A stretch of DNA of 57,963 nucleotides, filler included, from Jimgerdemannia flammicorona (taxonomy: Eukaryota): assembly GCA_003990765.1 (NCBI GenBank). It is 2 parts of 2 records of this genome, joined end to end, with 100 filler letters (N's around TTAATTAATTAA, not from the genome) between each part and the next. Parts side by side here need not be neighbours in the genome. Positions count along the whole stretch, not along the records: positions 1 to 28,941 come from RBNJ01000532.1; positions 29,042 to 57,963 come from RBNJ01000533.1. One strand, 5' to 3'. A program made the translations under genes and the position numbers. The notes under the pieces are model-generated. The model saw nothing but the letters and a program-made list of their open reading frames with translations. It made no database searches and was not told the DNA's origin. Shown piece by piece: positions 19,930 to 33,915 of the stretch. Numbering within the stretch: position 1 is the first letter of the stretch; each line of letters begins with the position of its first letter.

Positions 19930-22900
19930 ATGTCGTCCACGGTAAACAAACCCAGCGGCCGCCCTCGGGGCGTGATTAAGGGACCCAAGAAACCCGTACG
20001 TAGATCTTCGCGGGGTGGTGGTGGTCTCAGCGTGTGGTGGAGACAGTGGGATCTCGAACTAGACCCTTGTGATGGGCGAAGTGGGCTGGGTGGTTCCGTT
20101 ATACAGCTGATTCAATTACTACTGCGGCATCTCCGTACTTGACGACATTGGAAAAAAAAAAATATGGAAAAAGAGAAAAGGACAGCGAATTGTGGCGTGA
20201 GGCCTTGCTTTGCTCTGCATTTTACAACACATTTGACGCAGCAGGATTTCCACCGTGCACATGATAGGATCCGGTCACGATCAGGCGTCAACCTCGGGTT
20301 TGACACACTTTGAAAACTCGGCAAACAATTCAAGGCGGATTTGAGGTGTCATAAAACCTTTCTCATGCCACCATTCGCTTCCATTCGTCCTTCCTCGCAG
20401 TCTGGCACCGACCAACACTTCAATGACACCTGGGATCGCCTTGCCCAAGCGATCCGAGAGATCTACAAAAAGAACGCTTCCGTCCTGTCGTTCGAGGAAC
20501 TCTACCGCAACGCCTACAATATGGTTCTGCACAAGTGCGGCGACAAGCTCTACCAGGGAGTGCGCGACGTTATCACCCAACATCTTGAAGAAGTGGCCCG
20601 CGAGCAGATCGTGCCGGCATTTGGGGTCGGGACCAGAGCTGGGGGGACTGGAGCCGGAAGCGCCAGAGGTGCGTCATCGGATAGTGGGGCGGCATTCTTG
20701 AAGGTTCTGAAGAAGGTCTGGGAGGAGCATTCGACGTGCATGCTCATGATACGCGACATATTGATGTACATGGTGTGTGATGTTTTTTTCTTATCATTAT
20801 TTGATCTTCATGCGAAAATTTCTATCTCTCCATGAATTGCGCGTGTCCATCGCCATGCATCTGACCCATCCCTCTCCCCTCAGGATCGTGTGTATGTCAA
20901 AACCGCCAACGTCCCCCTTGTATATGAACTCGGTCTGGACCTCTTCCGCGACACGGTGGCCCGTTCTCCGCGGTTCCCCATCCAGCAGCACCTACGCCAG
21001 GTGATGTTGGAGCAAATCCAGCACGAGCGCGAGGGTGAGGTCATCGACCGCAGTGCCGTCAAGTCCGCCACCGACATGCTGCTCGACCTAACGGACGAGT
21101 CCCTAAAGGACAGCGTGTACGTGGCGGATTTTGAGGAGCATTACCTGAAGACGAGCGCGGCTTTCTACAAGTTCGAGAGTCAGATGCTCGTGGCTAAATG
21201 CGATACACCAGAGTATATGAAAAAGGTGAGTGGGTTTTTGGTAGAGCGGGGTTTATGTAGGGTGGGAGGAATCGAGGATGTTGTGATGTTGCTCTCTATA
21301 TCAATTGTCAGTTAATAACATGGCCAAGGGATTAAAAATGCTCGCCATTTCTGCTATTGCTCTACCTCGACTTACTCGCATACAATCGACCCACTCTAGG
21401 TCGAGAAGAGGTTGAATGAAGAACAGGAGCGAACTCGACATTATTTATCCGGGATGACCGAGCCCAAGATACAACATATTGTCGAAGAGGAGTTGATCAC
21501 GAATCATGTCAAGACAATTATGGAGGTAAATTGAATATTTCGGAGAACTCGTTTCGATCGTGGAATATGTGTGTTTTGGAGGGATTTTGCGGATTCCACT
21601 AATGATTTATTATCTTTCTTTGTAACCAACTCTATGATACATGTGCATGCAGATGGAAAACTCTGGTCTAATTCCAATGCTGACCAACGATAAAATTGAT
21701 GGTACGAATTAATGATTGGCTGGGTGTGCCTTCTGCTATGTCGATTCGTGTTGTTTCCAGTGCTGTTCCGACAATCGGCTCCATACGCCATCTTGGTGAA
21801 ATCGAGAATATCTTCCCTCCGCTAACTTCATCCACCGCGCGCCGCGACAGATTTATCCCGGATGTACAAACTCTTCTCCCGCGTTTCCACCGGCCTCCCC
21901 GAGATGCGTGCGGCCATCAGCGCTCACATAAAAAATCTAGGCAAAGACATCAACGCCAACGTGAGCTCGGGCTTTCCCTCGTCATCCGCACCTTCGGGAT
22001 CGGCCAAGGGTAAGGAGAAGGAAACGGAGAAGGAGAAGGACGACGAAGGGAAGGGTGGAAATTCGCAGGTGGCATTGCGGTGGGTGCAGGAGGTACTCGA
22101 CTTGAAGGACAAGTTCGACAGAATTTTGGAGCAGGCGGTGAACAAGGATAAAGCTTTCCAGACGGCATTTAATGAAGCGTTTGAGCGTTTCATCAACGAG
22201 AACCCTAAGTCGCCGGAATTTATCTCGTTGTTCATTGACGAGAATCTCAAGAAAGGGCTCAAAGGAGTACGTTGAACTACAATATGGATGCGTAGTTTCT
22301 GTTTCTGCTAGCTTGACCAAAAAAACTAATTTGGCTTGTATACCTCCGCCTAATTAGAAAACGGAAGAGGAAATCGACACAGTCCTCGACAAGACGATTA
22401 CCCTGTTCCGCTTTATCCAGGAGAAGGATGTGTTTGAGAGATATTATAAGCAACATTTGGCAAAACGGTTGTTGCTTGGTCGCAGTGTATCGGATGATGC
22501 GGAAAGGGGAATGATTGCCAAGTTAAAGGTGAGCACCCCTATTTTTATTATTTGTTGGGAGCGAGGGGAGTGGGTATCTGTGTTCAGTGATTCCTGAGGC
22601 CGGGGTAAAAAAATATCCTAACATTGCCATGTCCATTCATCATAACCATACTTATAATGTTTTTCTTAATCTGGAATAGGTGGAGTGCGGATATCAGTTT
22701 ACCACCAAATTGGAAGGCATGTTCAATGATATGCGAATCTCCACTGATACAATGACTGCATTCAAAGATTTCCTGGAAGTGTCAGGAGTGGAGGTTTGTT
22801 CCGACATCTTTTGCTTTTTTTTTTTTTTTTTTTTTTCTCCCCACGGAAAACACATTTTCTGATGCAATCATCTCCATTCCACCAGCGCCCAAAAATGGAC

Positions 22901-23889
22901 CTCGGTGTGACGGTGCTGACGTCTACCTTCTGGCCCATGAATGTGTCCTCGTCGCCACACTGCGTCTTCTCGCCGGAATTGGTGAAAGCGTGCCAAACTT
23001 TCGAGAAATTCTATTTTGGTCGCCATAACGGTCGTAGGTTGACGTGGCAGCCGAATATGGTATGAAAGATCCATTTAATGATATTTGGTATTTACGCACG
23101 GAAAATGTGTCTGGAGGATGTAGAGGCTAGGGATTGGACGATATTATACCACTGGTTCCGAGTATCACGGGTTATCTCTGGAGATTCTTTATTCACAAAG
23201 AGGTTGCATTTGCAGGGCAGCGCCGATGTCAAGGCACAATTCAAGAGCAACAAGAAACACGAAATCAATGTTTCCACGTACGCGATGGTATTGCTGCTAC
23301 TGTTCAATGATTTGCCAGAGGGAAAATCCTATTCGTTCAAGGTTTGTTCTACGTCAGTCTTGGGACTGACTCATTATTCACATGGTTTTATGAGAAAGAG
23401 TTGGGGAATAAAGATGGTTGCACTCACTATTAACCTATCAATATCGCGCCATATACAGGAACTACACGAACACACGAAAATCAACGATGCTGATTTAAAA
23501 CGCACGCTGCAATCCTTAGCATGTGCGAAATACAAAGTCCTTACTAAAGAACCAAAGGGTAAGGACGTCAACACGAACGACCAGTTTTACTACAACGCGG
23601 ACTTCACTTGTCCTCTTGCCCGCATCAAGATCCAGACGGTGGCAAGCAAGGTAGAAAGTGAGGGCGAGCGCAAGCACACGCAGGAGAAGGTGGACGAAGA
23701 GCGCAAGCATCAGACCGAGGCCGCGATTGTGCGCATCATGAAGGATAGGAAGACCATGGAACACAACCTGTTAATCACCGAGGTTACCAAGCAGCTGGCG
23801 CCGAGATTCATGCCAAGTCCGAGCATGATCAAGAAGCGGATCGAGGCTTTGATTGATAGGGAGTACCTAGAGAGGGCAAATGGAGATCG
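19930..23889 (+). CDS. CUL3: Cullin-3. Exons 19930-19995, 20401-20772, 20884-21225, 21400-21525, 21653-21701, 21851-22266, 22358-22528, 22680-22793, 22886-23059, 23216-23341, 23459-23889; last short exon not found
   Basis: [58 protein letters not shown], neddylation region [28 protein letters not shown] introns keep the frame. Confidence 0.95.
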
Positions 23890-23979
23890 GTAAGTAAATA
23901 TGGGATTCGAGTGCTTGTTCTGTGTTGGCCGCTTCAATACCAGATGCTTTACGGGTGTGGTTTGATGTCATATGCGTTC

Positions 23980-24022
<43 letters not shown>

Positions 24023-24069
24023 CTTTTTTGTTTTTTTTTTTTTTTTTTTTTTTTTGTTTTTTTTTTATT

Positions 24070-24108
<39 letters not shown>

Positions 24109-25236
24109 TTTCATGTCTTGGACGTCGATCGTGGTACAAGTTTCAATGATTTTCTATCTCATTCTCTCTCTCTTTCGGTATCTGTTCTCTATGCTTTGTG
24201 TTTGGTTTTTGTTCCTTGTCTTGCCGCATATACCTTTGTGCTGCCGTGTCCTGGGTGTTGGTCGACAAATCGATTCAATCTATCTTTCTGCAATCCCTAG
24301 CCGACTTCGCCTTTTTGTAATTAGTAATATGTTGAAACACGCAAACATTTCCCTCTTTTTACGCTTTGTGGCCATCACTCGCTCTGTTTTTTCTTTCTCA
24401 ACATAAACGCGGACGCCAACTTGTCCTCCCTATAAAGGTACCACACTCAACAGGCCTGCCTAGGAACGTCTATGATGGGCAGGCAAAATCAAACGGGATG
24501 GTATGCGTTGTATCTTGGGTCTGTTTATATAAGCCGCTTTTATCGTTAGGGAGAGGGGGGGGGGGAGCAACTCGAGAGACATTTACAGTCAAATTGCGAT
24601 CTCACCTTTTGGTGGTTTTGTACAATGTGCCCTGTAGATCCAATTCTTTAAATTTATTTAGTAAGTTTGATAATTCAAGAGTTATACAAAAGAGCTATAA
24701 GACTGACGAGTTATTTTCTTTTTTTTAAATTATTATTATAAAAAAATAAAAATAAAAAAATAAAAATAATAATAAAAAAAAATCTTATATTAGACATTCA
24801 TATTATTGATAGTATAATTATTTTTAAAATAAATATTAAAAATTAGAATTTTAGTTTTGGTATTAATCATTATAAATAATTATACTCTTTAGGTTTTATT
24901 TATTTATTTTATAAACTAATATTTATATAAAACTAATAACCCTTAAATACTCAAGAACGCGCACGCCATTTTGAATGGTGCAGCATACCCATCAATTCAT
25001 CCGTCGCCGTCCACTCCCTCTCGAGGATGAAGTGTAGAGAGCCAAACATGGTAACAACCTCCTCACACCTAGACAATGTTGAATTGCATCACACAGTATC
25101 AAACAATGGCTAATTATACTATCGTATGATATAAATGTCTAATGAGGGATAGAACCGTTTCTAAAAGAATAGTTTACTTTGAGCTGATTTCATCGAGCTC
25201 AACTCACTTCTGCGTTGCCAAGAGTGACGACTATAG

Positions 25237-25361
25237 TTAAATTGGATGGGACTTGAAAGTTTCCCCTCTGTACGTGAATGTTCCATTCTCGAAGAGGTCG
25301 TCCAACTGCTGTTCCAATGGTAAGTTGGCGCCGCGACACCCTGTCGTAGTGGGGGAAATTT

Positions 25362-25410
<49 letters not shown>

Positions 25411-26288
25411 TGTCAAGCGATTTCACGTCTCGCTTCCCAGCCGATGTTACATGCAAATACACACCATCCACGACTTTCTTCGACCAGACGAAGTACTCGT
25501 GCACTCTTTGTTTGGACCATCCTTGAGGGATAGCGCGTTGAATGTCACGGAGGTTGTACAGCTTGTCGGCAAGTTTGACCTGTTTTGCCTACGGAAGTGA
25601 CATTGAGTGAGCAATGGGATGATATTCGTGCGAGAGAGCAAAAGGAACAATGAAAGAAGATCTGTAAAGTTTCTCGGAAAACACAAAAAAAAAAAAAAAA
25701 AAAGCGGAATGCTGGATGGCATCTCACCTTGAGCGACTTGTGAGGTGCCAATTCGATTTGCAGACGTTTGCGCTCTGACCTGGGCAGGCTCGTGTCGTCC
25801 GTGCATTCCGCAACGATCGATCTCACCTCGGCGCCAAACTGTTCCTCGAGCTTGATAAGGAGACAAAGAGTCTTATTAGAATCGTTCAACCACCAAAGCA
25901 AGACTGGTAACCTCAATCGATTGCCCGAATAATACTGGCAAACACAGGCCGATGGCTCGCCTCTTCAAAACTCGTGTCGGTGTCCTCTACAGTGTCGTGC
26001 AGAACGGCCGCCTGCAGCGTCGCCAAATCCGTTACGCCGGCTTCGCCCAACAGCCTCGCCACGCCAATGGGATGGACGATGTAAGCTAACGAGATGCATC
26101 GAGCGCGTGCGGAGAACGTTGTGAGCCGAGGAGGTTCCCAAAAACCATCTGTGATCCAATAAAAAGCGCTGCAAGGTCCTATTCGAGCGAAGGATATACG
26201 CACGCGAATTCTCGGGGTCCTTGCGCGTCTGCCTAACGTGTTTCCGTGCGGCGAAGTCGATGGCGTAGAGAAGCTGAATGTGATCCAT
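25237..26288 (-). CDS. HDDC3: MESH1/HDDC3-type HD-domain hydrolase. Exons 26288-26204, 26085-25961, 25850-25728, 25588-25465, 25340-25237
   Basis: [53 protein letters not shown]. Confidence 0.9.
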
Positions 26289-26873
26289 GGTATATTTGCT
26301 GGGCAAAGATTTTTTCCAAGGAACGTGCTCATCTCCATATCCATCTTAGTTTATCCTAATTACGTCCCAAAACTCGGAATCCCCTGTCACACCACTGACA
26401 GATGAATCCCAGAATAGCGAGACTATCACGTGACCTTCCTGGGCAAATATTACTCACTCCCTTTTTTTCATTTGTTAAGCTTTTAAACCCTTTTATTACT
26501 GGTGTATTCAAAGAAAATAGTGATTATATTCTAAATAGTATATTATATTATCTCATGTATCAATTATCTAACTCTAAACTAATATAAATAAAAAGAAAAA
26601 TATAATAATACTGCGAGTTTGCTGAATGAAACAGCTCTTAATGACCAATGTTGTCCGAGTTCGACTTAAGCCATCCGCTTGATATTCTGAATTCCTTGAT
26701 CAGCTTACCTGCGCGCTTTCATCAGGTATATTGAATCATTTACTTTTATAATTTGTTATCGCAATGCTCACTTCACTGTCATCTATGTGAATATCAATTC
26801 CAAAGATCCAAGACAACGCAACCCATCCTTCCTTCCCATCCTTCCTTCCCATCCTTTCCCATCCTTCCACCCA

Positions 26874-28201
26874 TCAAAACCCAATGATCCTCTTCTTTTT
26901 CTTCTTTCCACCTTTCACACCGAACGCCCCGGGTTCCGGCTGACTCGCCGCCACGGCCCGGACCTGCGTCTGCTCAGGCTGCTCCGTCGTTGCGACTTGC
27001 GACAGGAACCCGCGCGTCACGGCTGTGGGTATGCTCGACCTCATGACAATCTCCGGGACATGGTCTTCTTGGTCGGACGAGGGAGGAGAAGAGCTCCGCG
27101 TGGCCCTCTTCGCCTTGCGGTTTCTCCCCCCAATCTGCTCGAGGTCAATGGGCTGATGGTCCGGGTTAACGTACTCATACAGACTCGGGTCCTCGCCGAC
27201 GCGCCATTCGGTAAGCAGGGCCAGCGCAGAATTGGAAACGGTAGGTGTTGGTTGCGGGGGAAGCTGTGCGGGGGGCAGAGTCATGTCGTCGTCGCTGTCG
27301 TCGGTGAGATTGATGTTCCGGTGTGCTCGGGATGCGTTGGCGAAAATATACTTGAACGCGAACGGGGGCCTCGCCGAAGTGTATGTGGCGGCGACAGGCG
27401 CGGACGACGATTCCCCCTGCCCGGGTTGAGACGGCGGTTCGAGCCTGGGTTGCTTGCGTTGGAAGGCCTGCATGGCGCCGCGGATGTCCCGGGCGAGGTT
27501 GGCGATAGCTTGATGCCGTGCGGAGCGAGCCAGTGCCAGGGGAAATCGAGTGGACGGTGAGAGTTCATCATTACCACCATTCTCGGATCCATCATCTACG
27601 TTAGGAAATATGTACACCGCCTCCATCGCCCGGACAAGCTCTTCCACCGAACCCGCATTGCCCTCAACGCCGAAAATCCCCGTCTGCGGTACGACGGGCC
27701 AAGACGCGACCCTCGGCCCTAGCTGCATGAGGGTGTTGGCCAGGTGCGCCTCGAAGTTTGCGTCCGAGCCCGCCGTGGTAGAACTGCGCGACGATGATGG
27801 AGAGGGGTAATGAGGTTTCTTGCCTTTCAATACGTCGCTCTTGGTTTCGTCGCCAGGGTCTTTCAGGATCTCGTAGCTAGAGTGTTGATTTGAAAGAATG
27901 TTATAGAACAAGGAAGTACATTAAACTTATAAAAGAGGCTAAATCCGCCGACACCGAAACATAAAACTGACTAGATAAGGCTACTTACAGCGTAAGCGGG
28001 TACGAGACAGTGTCCAATTTCTCCTGGACACTCGTCCCCATCGGCGACAATGGCGCAGCGCCGCGACATATTCTCTCGCCCGGAAGCAATTCATCTGTTA
28101 AATCTGTATGCATCAAAAGCAATAAAATGGGATAACCGTTCAGACAGACCGCCCATCTCCTCACACCAAAATGTTATCCACAACAACCCCCCTCACACCA
28201 A

Positions 28202-28237
<36 letters not shown>

Positions 28238-28900
28238 CACACTCAAGCACCCCCTCCATATTCACGTGCCGCCGCTTCCTGCGCCCAATTTCGTCCCACG
28301 CCCGAGCCTCGTCCTCCAAATCCTTCACCCTCTTCGCCAGTTGGCACACGTGCTTTGACCATTTGGGTCTCGTCGCCTCCGCCGCTGCCGCCGCCACCAC
28401 GCCACCATCGTGACCGTTGACCTTGGTGCGGAACAGCTGCTCATAAACTTCACCCGATTTGGCCAGCTGGAAGATCGTGAAGCAGTGAGCGTCACCACAA
28501 TTGCCCACATCCTCTTTCTCTTCATTCTCTTCCTTTTCACCCTCTTTATCCTCTTTATCCTCTTCTTCATCCTCTTCCTCTTCATTCTCTTCCTCTTCAC
28601 CATCTTCCTCTTCATCCTCTTCATCCTCACCCTCTTCCTCTCCATCCTTTTCCTTTTCATCCTCCTTCACGGGACACGCCCTCCCGGCGAAGACACGCAG
28701 CCCCACGAGCGGCGGGATGACGATCTCGTCGTCTGCGGGGGTGTGACGCGGGCTGATGTCGTCCTCGAATGGTGAGGAGCGGGCGTGAGATGGGAAGGCA
28801 GGGAGGGCGTATGGATCTGCGATCGAGATGGGAGGGTGAGCGCCCGAAGCGGAGGAGATGAAGCGGTGGGCGACGATCGTTGGGTCACGACGAGACCAGG
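26874..28900 (-). CDS. Probable RRN6/TAF1C-like Pol I initiation factor, 3' exons only (5' end lost at the gap)
   Basis: C-terminus SQPEPGAFG..KKKKKRIIGF, plus LLTEWRVGEDP..YEY and IFQLAKSGEVYEQ, resemble Rrn6-family motifs. Multi-exon; boundaries approximate. Confidence 0.65.
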
Positions 28901-28941
28901 CTAGGAGGGTGGCTGAATTTTTTTTTTTTTTTTTTTTTTTT

Positions 28942-29041
28942 NNNNNNNNNNNNNNNNNNNNNNNNNNNNNNNNNNNNNNNNNNNNTTAATTAATTAANNN
29001 NNNNNNNNNNNNNNNNNNNNNNNNNNNNNNNNNNNNNNNNN
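28942..29041. other. Artificial contig linker
   Basis: 44 N + TTAATTAATTAA (stops in all six frames) + 44 N = 100 nt. Confidence 0.95.
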
Positions 29042-29095
29042 AAAAAAAAAAAAAAAAAAGGAAGAAAAGAAAATAAAGGATGGAGTCCAAGTGAC

Positions 29096-29192
<97 letters not shown>

Positions 29193-29251
29193 AAAGAAAA
29201 AAAAAAAAAATAGAAGGGAGTATTGTTAATAAAGGATGGAGTAAAAGTGAC

Positions 29252-29330
<79 letters not shown>

Positions 29331-29334
<4 letters not shown>

Positions 29335-31856
29335 GCACAGAATTTGTCAATAGATTTCATGAGATAATATATCAGAAATATAAGATTCAGTACATTAAGA
29401 CTACTGTATACCACCCTCAAGGAAATGGACAGACAGAGAGAATCAATAAGACCCTCAAGAACATCCTGACAAAAATCTCAGAGACATATGAGAATTGGGA
29501 TAACTATCTCCCAACTGCCCTCTCTGTCCTATGAGATATATAGTTACAGAGCACACACTTTACCCCAAGAGAACTGCTCTTCAGAGAAGAAGATTCTGAC
29601 AGAACCTCAGCTACAAATCTAGACTTAACTTGGAAATGAGTTAATGCAGAAATCCAGAGACTATATCAAATCAGGAATAAGGCTGAAGATTATATTATCA
29701 AGTCATAAGTACTGACAAAAAAGAATGTGAAAAAGAATTACAAGACCCTAGAACCCATCCAAATCAGAGAAAGATCCTGCTGTATCAAAATATGGTAGAA
29801 GTCTTATGGTTGCAAAAACTAGAGCCCAAATAGGAAGAACCCTTCTATGTACAAGATATCAAGGGAACTATATTCTGGCTTAGAAAAATCTCAGAGACTA
29901 TACTGCCTACTATAGTATACAGGAACAGACTCAAGAAGTACCATGAACCTATACAAGAGAAGTAAAATGTAATGACTGCCCATGAGGTTCTAGTCCATGA
30001 ATCATAACAGCATGTCCTGTGACCAGCAGGCTATCTGTCTGGACCATTCTCTAAGAGATATAGCACCAGCAACTACTCATTCATGAGACTTTCAAAGTCA
30101 GAGAAGTTAACTGATTGGTCAAGATCAGAATTAGGCCCTTGCTCTATATGAAGGGAGCAATCCTTCACCATTATGCCAAAATATATAGGGAAGACACTAG
30201 CCCATAAATACCACTTTTCAACCCCTTGCCAGAGGTTATAGGATCAGCAAATTTTTCAGGACTGGACCAATGAATAAGGATGCTCAAGAAAATCCTTATT
30301 CAGGAGGAAGATATGGTGGTGGCCCTAGGATAATGACATCAGCAAAGGAGATAGCCTTTTCTTACAAGCCACCAGATCAGAGCACAAGAAGATCATATGG
30401 CATATGAGATAAGCAATGATGACCAACTGTGAGTCATTGTGACCACAGTATGAGCATCTTGAGGAATATAAAAGAAGGATCAAGGAACTGCAGTAGCAGC
30501 AACCAACAAGACCCATCAATCCCAAAATAGCTCAAAGACTTACCATAAATGAAATGCCTGCTACTCACCAAACCTCAAGATCAAGGAATTACCAAGGCAC
30601 CTCAGTTGAAGAAAGGATATTCTAAGACATCAGAAGAGCCATGGGGACTCATACAAGAAGGACTCCTAATGTCAACCTGAGTACTGCAGACCCTTATCAC
30701 TATATCCTCTACCACTGTAAAATAGAAACAAGGATCACCATTGCTACTGAATGCCTTCAAATATAGCAGGAGTATAAAATAGGAAACCTCCTCTGTCAGG
30801 AGTTTCCACAGGCCAGCCCTCAAGAGCTATAAGATACCACTCCCATGGATATATATGAGATAAGGATAGCTAAGAAGATCTATCAAATCTTCAGGCATGC
30901 ACCATGGTCAATCTCCAACTTAGAGTATATTAGAGTCTCAGACTTCAGAGACCTGTTATTCCACTGTATCAATGCACTAGAAATCAGGGTGGCTACAGAG
31001 GCCCAGTCCACTATCACCCTCAATAGTAATAAAGTAGAAGACTTCTGACATCCTATCCTTCAGGATAACCCAGACCAATTCCTATAAAGATTGATCTCAG
31101 TATTCCAAGACCCAAGTATCTAGGTTAGATCTCCCCAAGACCCCACATTTGTCTCTTATTTTGTGGAAGAGAACCTCATAGACTAGAGAACCCCAGACCT
31201 CCTTCCTGCCACCACTGAATATGATGATGTCATTGGTAATGACATCATCCTGCATGACATCGAAGTATGCAAAATATACAATCTATGTGATGATGATGAA
31301 TTCACAGATCTCATCTCCTTTAGTGACAATGAGAATGAAGCCTCCATGGTCCTAAACATTCTGCTCTAAGTTCCTTAGTGACACTGAATTGTTCCAGCAC
31401 TGGTATTCTGAGGTGATACTGAATTGTTTCAGCACCAGCATAATACTGAATTATACCAGCATCCTGAACCTATGCAACCATCAGTACTAACTCTGGAACT
31501 TAGCAGTTTTTCCTGTCCTGGCATTTTATTTTAGTTATTGGAATTTATATTTAGCTTTATATCTTAGCAACTATTGAATTATATTTTGTATAAATATCCA
31601 TCTTATTTCCTCTGAAATAAAGTCAGTTCCTCTCAGTGCAATACACACACTTTCTTGCAAGCAATCTAAGAGATAACAAGACAGTTTAAAGATAAGAAGT
31701 TTGAGGACTATAAGACCTTGAGAAGGTACTCCAATAAAAACTTACTTATAACAAACTTATAGTTAGTTATGTATAACAAACTTATAGTTAGTCTAAGAGA
31801 TATACCTTGAAGAGAATCTGATGTATTTGAAGAACTCAATATCCACTATATGATAA
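29331..31856 (+). mobile_element. Family B element, 3' part (integrase end, PPT, 3' LTR from ~30312)
   Basis: TEFVN..YHPQGNGQTER; aggaggaaga PPT; LTR homologous to 39608-41159. Confidence 0.88.
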
Positions 31857-32292
31857 TATGTATAATATAGTCTACTTAGTGCAATATATACAATTTCTTA
31901 TAAGCAATCTAAAGAGATAACAAGATAGTTTAAAGATAAGAAGTTTGAGGACTATAAGACCTTGGGAAGATACTCCAATAAGAACTTGCTTATAACAAAC
32001 TTGTAGTTAGTCTAAGAGATACACCTTGAAGAGAATCTGATATATTAGAAGGACTCAATGCCCACTACATGACAATGTGTATAATATAGTTCTTCTCAGT
32101 ACAATATACACACTTCCTTGCAAGCAATCTAAGAGATAACAAGACAGTTTAAAGATAAGAAGTTTGAGAACTATAAGACCTTGAGAAGGTACTCCAATAA
32201 GAACTTACTTATAACAAACTTGAGTTAGTCTAAGAGATATACCTTGAAGAGAATCTGGCATATTTGAAGGACTCAGTGACCACTACGTGATA
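31624..32292 (+). repeat. Three tandem copies of the R/U5 end of the family B LTR
   Basis: Units of ~220-245 bp start near 31624, 31869 and 32088. Each ends in the cactacatgaca-like LTR terminus. Confidence 0.85.
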
Positions 32293-32462
32293 ATAGATAT
32301 CACTCAATATATATATATTTCTTAGAATTAATATATACTAGATTTGTCAAAATTGACAACTCAACTGTATATTGATTGATTTTATCAAGCTATCAGAATC
32401 TCATTCAGGTAAAAATCTTACTAATACAAACTATATTTGAGATTTTGATATATAGATAAAGA

Positions 32463-32886
32463 TAGTGCTCCCAATGAATCGAATTGAATCAAATTTGGCC
32501 CAAACTTGATTTGATTTGATTGAATCAAGGGTCCAATTCAATTTGATTCGAATCAAATCAAAGGTCCAATTTGATTCAAAGTTCAATTTGAATCTTAATT
32601 TTCAAAATGTAATAATTCGATGAAAACTCATCTAAATTTAACATATTTTAGCTTGTTAGATTCACTATATTAATGTGATTCTAACAAGCTAAAGTACATT
32701 AGATTTGGATGAGTTTATGCTGAGTTATTGCATTTTGAAATTTAGGGTTCAAATCAGACCCTCAATTTGATTCGACTTTTGATTCAATTTGAATTGATTC
32801 GAATTGAAAAATCCCCAATTCAATTTGACTCATTTAACCCTCAATTTGATTTGATTCGAATTGATTCTACTCATTTGGGAGCACTA
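32463..32886. mobile_element. hAT-family MITE
   Basis: TIR tagtgctccca / tgggagcacta, exact 8-bp TSD gataaaga, subterminal gattc/gaatc repeats. Confidence 0.92.
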
Positions 32887-32909
32887 GATAAAGATATATA
32901 GAGAATAAG

Positions 32910-33058
32910 CTTTTCAAAAAGATTATATTTTAAAAAGATTGGGTTTTTAAAAAAGATCTGATTTTCAAAAAAGATCAGATTTTTTATTTTTGAAAAAGGT
33001 TGGATTTTTGAAAAAGATTGGGTTTTTGAAAAAGATTAGGTTTTTGAAAAAAAGATTA
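32910..33058. repeat. ~18-bp minisatellite ttttgaaaaagattggg
   Basis: About 7 degenerate tandem units. Confidence 0.7.
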
Positions 33059-33915
33059 TCTTATATTTGAATTATTGATTTTTTACTCTAGATATTAGCT
33101 ATAATAATAGATAATGTATCCAACAATACTATATTTTTTCAAACAATCAGAACAGAGTTTGATCATACTAGTCTCAACTATTAGCTAATATAATATATAT
33201 ACTACTTAGTTCATATCATTAATTTGGTTGTTCAGGACTTTTTAGTCTATTTAAAAGCTAATGATAATATATATAAGTAAAGATAGTTCTAGAGAAATAA
33301 TTTTAAAGCTTTAATTAATTATTATTAAGATCTGGTCATTACTATAATATTGAGAGAGATTTATTGCACAATATTAAGCTTTTAGAGTCTGCAATCCAAA
33401 AGAATTTTTTTTAGATATTAAAACTCAATAGAATTCAATATATTTAATAGTTAAACAGACTTTAGAATTATCAGAGATATATAAGCTAATTATATTATAT
33501 TTAATTTTTTTATTAATAATCTTTAATCTCAATAATTATAACTAATAAAGATTTGCAAATATACTGTAGAAGACTATACTTAGTAGATACTAAAAGATAT
33601 TATTGATATACTAAAGTACTTTAAACAAGTAATAGATCTTATAGCTTATTATAAATATTGTAACAGTGATCTCAGAATGATAACATCAGTACAGGAGATA
33701 GCCTTTCCTTATAAGCCACCAGATCAGAGTACAAGAAGATCATACAGCATGACTCACCCAGGCTATAAGATGAGCAATGATGACCAACTATGAGTCATTG
33801 GGACCACCAGACAGATATCTTGAGAAATATAAAAGAAGGATCAAAGAACTGTAGTAGCAGTAACTCAATAAGATCTACTAATCCTGAAATAGCTCAAAGA
33901 CTTATCACAAACAAA

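Noticed and set aside
23911..24406. Poly-Phe and poly-Lys ORFs here and at 28994-29534
   Set aside because: Translations of homopolymer tracts that are probably sequencing artefacts.
26787..27560. 257-aa plus-strand ORF
   Set aside because: Antisense to the GC-rich last exon of the RRN6-like gene, with no independent support.
28986..28997. TTAATTAATTAA palindrome inside the N run
   Set aside because: Symmetric 100-nt scaffolding linker, not biological. Adjacency of the two halves of the window is unproven.
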